Source: Macrostomum lignano (lineage: Eukaryota). Taken from it: 64,000 nucleotides of DNA. Position numbers and translations under genes: made by a program. The stretch covers positions 153,595 to 217,594 of the forward strand of contig NIVC01001839.1 in assembly GCA_002269645.1 (NCBI GenBank). Reading direction: 5' to 3'. Shown piece by piece: positions 13,801-24,700 of this stretch. Under the pieces are notes generated by a model that had not been told where the DNA came from, did not search any database, and saw only the letters and a program-made list of their open reading frames with translations. The stretch's first letter is position 1. Each line of letters opens with the position of its first letter.

Positions 13801-16800
13801 CGAGGCTGCCATGCGAGAGGCGCTGGGCGATCAGCTGATCGATGGATTCATGCCGCCCGAGACGTTTAGCTTCGATGTGAAGGTTTGTTTCCTCTGCGGC
13901 TTAATTCCCAGTTTGGGAAATCTTTATCCCGAATATTCGATTTCCAAATTATGGATGTCTTGATTGGTTGATCCCCAATATTCGCTTCCCCAATTTAGGA
14001 TATCTTGATTAATTTATCCTAATATTCGATTCCTAATTATGATTGTCTTATTGATTTATCCCCAATATTCTATTCCTAATTATGATTGTCTTATTGATTT
14101 ATCCCCAATATTCGATTCCTAATTATGATTGTCTTATTGATTTATCCCCAATATTCTATTCCTAATTATGATTGTCTTATTGATTTATCCCCAATATTCT
14201 ATTCCTAATTATGATTGTCTTATTGATTTATCCCCAATATTCGATTCCTAATTATGATTGTCTTATTGATTTATCCCCAATATTCTATTCCTAATTATGA
14301 TTGTCTTATTGATTTATCCCCAATATTCGATTCCTAATTATGATTGTCTTATTGATTTATCCCCAATATTCTATTCCTAATTATGATTGTCTTATTGATT
14401 TATCCCCAATATTCGATTCCTAATTATGATTGTCTTATTATTGATTTATCCCCAATATTCGATTCCTAATTATGATTGTCTTATTGATTTATCCCCAATA
14501 TTCGATTCCTAATTATGATTGTCTTATTATTGATTTATCCCCAATATTCGATTCCTAATTATGATTGTCTTATTATTGATTTATCCCCAATATTCGATTC
14601 CTAATTATGATTGTCTTATTGATTTATCCCCAATATTCTATTCCTAATTATGATTGTCTTATTGATTTATCCCCAATATTCGATTCCTAATTATGATTGT
14701 CTTATTGATTTATCCCCAATATTCTATTCCTAATTATGATTGTCTTATTGATTTATCCCCAATATTCGATTCCTAATTATGATTGTCTTATTATTGATTT
14801 ATCCCCAATATTCGATTCCTAATTATGATTGTCTTATTGATTTATCCCCAATATTCGATTCCTAATTATGATTGTCTTATTATTGATTTATCCCCAATAT
14901 TCGATTCCTAATTATGATTGTCTTATTATTGATTTATCCCCAATATTCGATTCCTAATTATGATTGTCTTATTATTGATTTATCCCCAATATTCGATTCC
15001 TAATTATGATTGTCTTATTATTGATTTATCCCCAACATTCGATTCCTAATTATGATTTTCTTATTGACTTATTCCCAATTATTTATTTCCAATTATATAC
15101 ATCTTGATTGATTTATCCCCAATATTCGATTCCCAAATTAGGATATCTTGATTGATTTATCCCCAATATTCGATTCCTAATTATGATTGTCTTATTGATT
15201 TATCCCCAATATTCGATTCCCAAATTAGGATATCTTGATTGATTTATCCCCAATATACAATCACCAGTTTGAGATATCTATTTTAATGTACTCTGATCCA
15301 CAATATTCAACTTCCTAATATATCGATTCCCAATATTCCAATTCGCCAACAGTCAGAACAGAACATAGACGGCATAGTCAAGGCCATAGACAAGTGCTTG
15401 TCCTCGAACAAGACCGAACGCCGAACTCCCACTATCATGACAGTCGATTCGTCGACTCCATTGTCGGAATTGACTAGAAGATTTCACAGCCTGCAAGACT
15501 ATCCGCTGGTGCCAGTCCCACCGCTTCACCAGCTGCTGTTTAATAGCGGGCATCAGCCAGATTCTGCCGAGGAGAACTACGGACTGGGCCTAGACTGGCA
15601 GAGGCTGGGAGCGGCTAGGATGATTGGCCACTATTTGGATAGCTGCGTGGCTTATGCTAAGCAGCTGTCGGTGGCTAGGTATCATCAGGTGAGTTAAACA
15701 GTACTTTATCTGTCTCAGCTTCACCGTATTTAAGCTCAGCTTCATCACATTTGAGCACAGCTTTATCACACTTAAGCACAGCTTCATCATGACATTTGAG
15801 CACGGCTTTATCACACTTGAGCACAGCTTCATCACACTTGAGCACAGCTTCATCATGACATTTGAGCACGGCTTTATCACACTTGAGCACGGCTTTATCA
15901 CACTTGAGCACGGCTTTATCACACTTGAGCACGGCTTTATCACACTTGAGCACAGCTTCATCACATTTGAGCAAAGCTTTATCACATTTGAGCACAACTT
16001 CATCACATGCATTTGAGCACAGCTTTCTTATCCAGCTCTTACGTGAAGCGCAGAATTTTTCTTAATTATCAATTGCGTACTTTTACAAGCCCCCACATCA
16101 CCCCTAATCTCGCAGGTGCCAATCGGAAACCTGCCAATCAACGCTAACGAATCCGCCATCCTAGGCATCGACGTATTCCTCGGCCGAACACTGCTCAAGC
16201 AGAACCACCTGCTGTGGTGCTCAGACTCCGAATCGCCCGATTTAGGTGGCTTCGAATCGGACGATCTTCGACTCGATCTCGATTTAACCTGCGAAATCGA
16301 ACCATTCGAAACTGTTCGACCCGGATTCTATCCTGCCTATTGTGCGCATATCGACGTTAGCAGTTTAGCAGTCTGCGCTCTGCTGCAGTGCGCCAGAATT
16401 CACGAGATGGAGGGCGGCGCTCAGACCTACGAGATTCTGCCTGTGCAGGTGTGACAGACCCAGCCTCTATAAATAGCCACAATTTGCGTTCACTATTTTG
16501 TCTAACTTCACGATCTGTAGAGTCACAGCTCTTGGTCACAATCTGTAGAGTCACAGTTCACGGTCACAATCTGTAGAGTCACAGTTCACGGTCACAATCT
16601 GTAGAGTCACAGATCATGGTCACGATCTGTAGAGTCACAGATCACGGTCACGATCTGTAGAGTCACAGCTCTTGGTCACAATCTGTAGAGTTACAGTTCA
16701 CGCTTACAATCTGTAGAGCCACAGTTCACGGTCACAATCTGTAGAGTCACAGTTCACGGTCACGATCTGTAGTCACAGGCCTCGATCACATCCTATGTCT

Positions 16801-18498
16801 GTCACGGTAACTATCTCTACAGTCACAGTTCACCACATCCATGGTTCTCGTACATCGCGCACTTCTCGTTCCCAATCTCTACTCGCAAGCTGTCACAAGC
16901 TCACGCCACAGTTCAGAATCACAATTCACAGTTACACAGGTCACGGTCTCAATCTGTAGAGTCACAGCTTGGTCACAATATGTAGAGTCATAGTTTATGG
17001 TCACGATTCACACCTCTCGTTTAAATTCATCCCATTAGGGCGTGGAAGAGATGATGTCGGAGGCTGCGGGATCCAGCCTATCTCAATACGACGAAACTGC
17101 CGCCTGCTCAACAGCGTTTCGAACTATTCGAAGCCTGGCTCTGGCTTGGATACGCGACGTTACTCAGCATTCGCACAGGTGTGCCGACAATCTGCTGGTG
17201 CATCTGCAGCGCTGGTTTCGCAGTCCGCAGTCGCGATTTCACGATCCGGCATTGTTGAGAACGCTGCAGCGGCTAATGAGGAAGCTTCAGATTCACCTGC
17301 TTGCGGAGTTGAGAACGCTTGGCGGGGGTCAGGTGAGGGATAGCTGGTTGGGAAAATTATCTTTGCTTTATTAGGATATTAAAGAAGACTGGGAATTTAT
17401 GAAGATAAGAGTATGAGACAGACAGCAAGTGAGCTGAGCAACGGGAAGCTGGGGACTGAAGATGAGGCAGGTGACTTGAGCAATGGGAAGCTGGGGACTG
17501 AAGATGAGGCAGGTAAGTTGAGCAATGGGAAGCTGGGGACTGATGAAGATGAGGCAAGTGAGCTGAGCAATGGGAAACTGGGGTCTGATGAAGATAAGGC
17601 AGACAGCAGGTGAGCTGAGCACTGGGAAGCTGGGGACTGATGAAGATAAGGCAGGTAAGCTGAGCAATGGGAAGCTGGAGTCTGATGAAGATAAGGCAGG
17701 TTAGCTGAGCAATGGGAAGCTGGGGACTGATGAAGATAAGATAGACGGCAGGTGAGCTGAGCAAGGGGAAGCTGGGGACTGAAGATGAGGCAGGTGAGTT
17801 GAGCAATGGGAAGATGGGGACTGAAGAAGATGAGGCAGGTGAGCTGAGCAATGGAAAGCTGGGGACCGATGAAGATGAGGCAGGTGAGCTGAGCAATGGA
17901 AAGCTGGGGACCGATGAAGATGAGGCAGGTGAGCTGAGCAACGGGAAGCTGGGGACTGATGAAGATGAGGCAGGTGAGCTGAGCAATGGGAAGCTGGGGA
18001 CTGATGAAGATGAGGCAGGTGAGTTGAGCAATGTGAAGCTGGGGACTGATGAAGATCAGGCAGACGGCAGGTGAGCTGAGCTAGAGGAGGCTGGGGCAGA
18101 CAGTAGGTGAGATGAAGCTACGTGAAAGCATTCATTAAATAGTAGTAGACCTCTAAATTTTCCGACTAAAAGTACACGTCGTCAGCCAAAACAAACAAAC
18201 TTCCATCACAGGTGATTCGCGCCGACTTCTACAACATTTTACTGGCCACGGGCAAGCAGAATCCCGATGACTGTCTGGCCTATGCCAGGCACGTCTGCCG
18301 CACCCTCTGCTCCAAGGACGCCTTCCAGGCGCTCGACCTTCAGGTTAGCGGCGTCTATTCTGCTCTGCTGTTCCTTGATGCCGCCAATTTCTGCGGCATT
18401 CGCTACGAGGTGACGCCCGAGGATGAGGAGGATCTCGACGATGAGGCCGAGGAGGCTGAAGATCGTCGGGATCGGTCGGCTGTAAGTTTGTCTTTGCC

Positions 18499-18579
<81 letters not shown>

Positions 18580-18635
18580 GCCTGCCTGCCTGCCTGTCGG
18601 TCTGCCTGTCTGTCTGTCTGTCTGTCTGCCTGTCG

Positions 18636-18710
<75 letters not shown>

Positions 18711-18711
18711 G

Positions 18712-18747
<36 letters not shown>

Positions 18748-21700
18748 GCCTGTCGGTCTGTCTGTCTGCAGTTCATTTATTATATTCCGCTGCTGGTGCA
18801 ACTGCCGCCCGCAGTCGGAGATCCGTCCCAGCCAGCATCCCAGCCTGCGCCATCGCCGCATGGAGTGCCAGTGGAATCTGGGCGAATTCCTGCCAATCAG
18901 CTTGCAGCCCGCCTTCGACACTGTGCTAACCGGCCTGTTATTGGCCACGGAGACTCTGCTGTACGAGGAGGGCAAAACAGCCGGCAAAGGACTCGAAGAA
19001 GCGCTTCTAACCCTGCTGAAGGGTAGCCTGTCGCATGACCTAATGGCGCAGGTTAGTATGCCTCGACTAGATCTTTTGTAATAACCACGCAAGCTACTTA
19101 CTGCTTCTATGAAATTAGTAAAGTAAAAATTGATTTTGACAGAATTGGCACTTGGTACATCTTGTATTGTACGAGTACTTTCTAAAAGGCTACGTAATTT
19201 GTTTAATTGAAAGTGCGTATTGTACTTTTAAAAAATAACGTATTGCACTTTAAAAGTTACCTATTGTACTTTTTTCAAGTATAGTATATACTAGCAATTT
19301 AAACTCCCCGTTGGGGAGCAAATAAAAAATGTAATGATGTAATATAGCAAGCAATCCCCCAGACACTAAGCATCCCCCAGACAGCAAGAATCCCCCAGAC
19401 CGCAAGCATCCCCCAGACACTAAGCATCCCCCAGACAGCAAGCATCCCCCAGACAGCAAGCATCCCCCAGACAGCAAGCATCCCCAGACACTAAGCATCC
19501 CCCAGACAGCAAGCATCCCCCAGATAGCAAGCATCCCCCAGACAGCAAGAATCCCCAGACAGCAAGAATCCCCCAGACAGCAAGCATCCCCCAGACAGCA
19601 AGCATCCCCCAGACACTAAGCATCCCCCAGACAGCAAGCATCCCCCAGACAGCAAGCATCCCCCAGACAGCAAGCATCCCCCAGACAGCAAGCATCCCCC
19701 AGACAGCAAGCATCCCCCAGATAGCAAGCATCCCCCAGACAGCAAGCATCCCCCAGACAGCAAGCATCCCCCAGACACTAAGCATCCCCCAGACAGCAAG
19801 CATCCCCCAGATAGCAAGCATCCCCCAGATAGCAAGCATCCCCCAGATAGCAAGCATCCCCCAGATAGCAAGCATCCCCCAGACAGCAAGCATCCCCCAG
19901 ATAGTAAGCATCCCCCAGATAGCAAGCATCCCCCAGACAGCAAGCATCCCCCAGACAGCAAGCATCCCCCAGACAGCAAGCATCCCCCAGACAGCAAGCA
20001 TCCCCCAGACAGCAAGCATCCCCAGATAGCAAGCATCCCCCCAGACAGCAAGCATCCCCCAGACAGCAAGCATCCCCCAGATAGCAAGCATCCCCCAGAT
20101 AGCAAGCATCCCCCAGCCAGCAAGCATCCCCCAACGAGCTCATCGTACATCGTATACCTGAGTGCGGTAAATAGCTCGTTTGCACTAGAATTCTCTAGTT
20201 GAAATGCAGATCTCTACAAGAGCGCACTATTGATCTCCATGCCCAGGTGGACGCGTTCAGGCGCCGATTCAAATCAGCCGGCGGCGCAGCCTCCAAGCTG
20301 ATCGCCGTGCCGAATCCGCCTGGCCGGCGGGCGGACGCCGACTGCGCCAATGGCGGCTTAGAATTCGCCAAATCTGTCTGCCGGGTGCTCAGCCTGGCCG
20401 ACTGTCTGGCCGAGGAGGCCGACCGAGTCAAGGCCGCCCTGCTCCGATTGGCTGGTGTTGGCGAATTCTCCAGCCGCGGCGATTGGACCAACCCGTGCGC
20501 CAGCCTGACCCTGGCCGAGGTGGCCTGCCACCGCTGCGACTTTGTGCGCAATCTGGATCTGTGCCGGGACCCGCTGCGCAGGGGCCGCGGCGCCCAGGGC
20601 TCCTGGCTGTGCCCGCGGTGCGACTCGCCATACGAGAGGTGCGTTGGAGAGTCGGGGGTCTTTGTTAGGGATTTTTGGGATTCAGTCTTTGTTTTAGGTA
20701 GTTTTGGGGTTTAGTCTGTGTTTGGGGATTTTTGGGATTCAGTCTTTGTTTGGGGATTTTTGGGATTCGGTCTGTTTTGGGATTTTTGGGATTCAGTTTG
20801 TGTTGGGAGATTTTCGAGATTTGGTCTTTGTTTTAGTTGGGGAGTTCTCGGATTCAGTCTGTGTTGGGAGAGTTTTGGGATTCGGTCTGTGTTAAGGGAT
20901 TTTTGGGTTTCGCCGTGTATTGGGGATTTTTGAGATTTGCCCTGTATTGGGGATTTTTGGGTTCCGGTCTGTGTTGGAGTATTTTGGGATCCGGTCTGCG
21001 TTGGGGTATTTTTGGGATTCGGTCTTTGTTGGGGTATTTTTGGGATTCAGTCTGCGTTGGGGTATTTTTGGGATTCGGTCTGTGTTGGGGTATTTTTGGG
21101 ATTCTGTGGTATATGCGCATATAAAGTATATTTCATTTCACACACATTGGCCATAGACACTAGATTGGATAATAGATTGGATAACGCAGCTTGATCCCCT
21201 GGCCCGGAAATACGCAGGAGAAGCGTCACCAGTGGGAATTCTTTCCCTCGATGCTGATCACGAGCTCAAGACGATTCTAGAAGAAAATTCGGAATTATTC
21301 TCAGATGGTCTTGGGAAGATAAAACATTATACAGCCAGACTGCATCTCAAGGAGAACACAACTCCAAAGTTTTGTAAAGCACGACCGGTACCATTTGCTC
21401 TTAAGCCCGCCATCGAGCAGGAACTCGAAAGCCTAGAGAATCAGGACATTATCCGGAAGGTGAAGACGTCTGACTATGCAAGTCCAATCGTCCCTGTGCT
21501 GAAGAAGGATGGAAAATCGATACGAATCTGTGCAGACTATAAGCGAACCATAAACCCTGCCCTCGAGGTGGACATTTATCCGCTAGGCAAGCCGGACGAA
21601 CTGTTTACTCGACTCAGCGGAGGCAAATTCTTTACGAAACTGGACATATCTCAGGCCTTTCTTCAGCTGGAGCTACAGGAGGAGTGCCGCAAGTACACCA

Positions 21701-24700
21701 CTATCAACACCCATATGGGCCTGTACGAATACAACAGATTAGTTATGGGCCTGGCAAGCTCTTCAGCTCAGTTTCAGGAGGCTATGGACAAGATTCTGAG
21801 CGATACCGATGCGATTTGTTTCGTCGATGATATCGTCATTAGCGCCGCATCACAAAGCGAGCATAACAAAAAGCTGAGAAACGTTTTGGTTCTGCTGAAG
21901 AACCACGGAATTAAACTGAACAAGAGCAAATGTGAATTCATGATGCGCGAGATTGAGTTCCTCGGTCACGTGATCGACGAGAACGGCGTGCATCAGTCAC
22001 CGAGAATTATGAGAGCCATCGCGGAGGCTCCAAGGCCAACCAATATTCCAGAAGTCCGCTCGCTAGTTGGGCTAATCAACTACTACAGGAAGTTCATCAG
22101 AGGCCTGTCCGACATCCTAGCACCTCTAAATGCATTGCTCCAGAAGGACGCTGAGTTTATTTGGAGTAACGAGTGTGAACGAGCATTTGTTGCGTGCAAG
22201 TCAGCTCTAACATCTACTCAAGTACTAGTCCACTACGACCCGGACAAGCCGCTGGTTGTTCATACCGACGCGTCATGCTATGGTGTCGGCGCGGTGCTTT
22301 CACATATTATGAGCGATTCGGATGAGAAGCCAATCTGTTATGCGTCCAGAGGCCTGTCCAAGGCTGAGAAGAACTATTCGCAAATAGAAAAGGAAGGTTT
22401 AGCAATAGTCTTCGCGGTGAAAAAGTTCCACCAGTATTTGTACGGCAGACGGTTTATTCTGGTCACTGACCATAAACCGCTTGTGACGATATTCGGTCCG
22501 AAGAACAACATTCCAAGCATAGCTGCCAGTCGGTTGCAGCGCTGGGCTGTGATTCTGTCAGCCTATCAGTTCGAGATTCGATACAGGCGGACAGACGAAC
22601 ATGGAAATGCGGACGCGTTGTCAAGACTGCCGCTGGAGAATACTAAGTCCACGGAGGATGGTGTGTTCCAGAATTGCATAGAGGCTCAACCAATCGACCA
22701 TGGAGAGTTAAAGAGAGCAACAGCGATGGACGAAAATCTGTCCCGTGTTCTGCGATACTGTCGTTTTGGGTGGCCAGAACATAGCGAACAAGAGCTTCAG
22801 CCCTACCACTCGAGGCGAAACGAGCTGAGTGTTGAAGATGGAGTCATCTTCTGGGGCATCAGGATGTTGATCCCTGCTTCACTGAAGCAGCAGCTACTGC
22901 AACTGCTACACGAAGGGCACCCCGGCATTGTGGGCATGAAGTCCCTGGCACGGCTGCATGTTTGGTATCCAGGGATCGATAAAGACATCGAGACGGCTCT
23001 AACCAAATGCAAGGGTTGCCAAGCGCAGAGGAACCTGCCGCCACAGGCGCCACTGCAGCCGTTGCTCTGGCCAGAAAAGGCATGGACTCGACTTCACTTG
23101 GACTTCTTTGGTCCATGCTACGGGTTCATGTGGCTTGTCGTTGTCGATGCCACAACCAAATGGGTTGAAATTTACCCGATGAGGTCAGCGACTGCCCATG
23201 GCACGATCACCAAGCTGCAGGAAACTTTCGCGAGATATGGTTATCCGAGGCAAATCCTCTCTGACAATGGGTCGCAGTTCACTGCTGAGGAATTTAAAAA
23301 CTACCTTCGAAGCTGCCGCATCACACAAATTCTGACGTCGGTGGGGCATCCAAGATCGAATGGACTAGCTGAACGAATGGTTCAGACCGCCAAAAGAGCG
23401 TTAAGAGCGGGCATGAAGGACTCTCATGATGCACTAGAATGCCTAAATGCTTTTCTAGCGCGCTACCGAGTTACGCCACACTCTACAACCGGCAAGACGC
23501 CTAGCGAGATGATGCTAAAGTACTCGCCAAGAACTAAACTTAGTCATCTTCACCAGGACACCGAGCAAAGAGTTGCTGAGAAGCAGGAGCAGCAGAAGCA
23601 GCAACACGACAAGGGAGCTTCAAAAGTAGCCCGTGAGTTTGAACCTGGAGAATCTGTGCTCGTGCTCGACTTCAGGAAGCAAGGAGAGGACAAATGGGTC
23701 GTCGGAGAAATTCTTAAACGCCGTGCACAACTCTCATATCTGGTGAAAGTAGGCCGCATGGTCTGGAAACGGCACGTGGACCACATTACTTCGACAGGAC
23801 TTCAAACGGAGAGCAAGGCCGCTTTGTCCCATGAATTGCTGGAGCAGCTAATCGGGAAAGGCAATAACGAGTCGCAGGCAATTAACTCAGGCGGAGGAGC
23901 GACAACCAAGACTAGATGTGCGGAGACTGCCCAGGCCAGGAGGCATCGCTACAAGCATGAGGATGTGCCTCTAACTCAGACCAGACTGAGACCCCGAGCT
24001 GCAACTTGATGTGACGGAAATTTTTGTTTAAGAGGAAAACTTACTCTTGCACAATGACGAACAAATTTTTCTAAGGGGAGACATATGTGGTATATGCGCA
24101 TATAAAGTATATTTCATTTCACACACATTGGCCATAGACACTGTCCCTGTTAACCCTGCGTTCTAAAGCTAATATAAGGAGAGCAAATATAAAGGAAATG
24201 AATGTTAACATCGGCATGGCAAGAGCCCGCTACCAAGCTTGAGATTACTAACCATAATTCACCTGGACTTCGAGTTGGTAACGGAAGTCGGATGTAACAG
24301 ATTCCGTCTGTGTTGAGGTATTTTGGGGATTCGGTCTGTGGTAAGGGATTTTTGGGATCCGGTCTGTGTTGGGGATTTTTGAGATTTGGTCTGCGTTGGG
24401 GTATTTTGGGATTCAGTCTGCGTTGGGGGGTTTTTTGGGATTCGGTCTTTGTTGGGGTATTTGGGATCCAGTCTCTGTAAATAATATTTGCTGATAAAAA
24501 CTGCCGCGAACCCGCAGAAGCATGCTGGAACTCCGCCTATTAAACGTAGCCAAGCTGCTAGCCATGAACAGCAGCCTGCAGGACCTCACCTGCTCAAAGT
24601 GCAACTCAGTAATGGACCGATCGCTTGCCAAGCTGTGCCCGTGTGCCGGCAAGTTCCGGTGCACAGTGAACGGGCCGGACATGCTGGTGCAGCTGCGCAC

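Larger units (their letters stand above)
21105..24299 (+). mobile_element. Ty3/Gypsy LTR retrotransposon, internally deleted (truncated 5' LTR; no PBS or gag)
   Basis: TG...CA ends; 5-bp TSD GATTC (21100-21104, 24300-24304); PPT AAGGGGAGA just before the 3' LTR; pol domain order RT-RH-IN. Confidence 0.93.

Noticed and set aside
20638-24009. In-frame POLE-Gypsy pol fusion by cryptic splicing
   Set aside because: The POLE donor is phase 2; the acceptor-like sites at 21189 (phase 0) and 21217 (phase 1) are out of frame with pol
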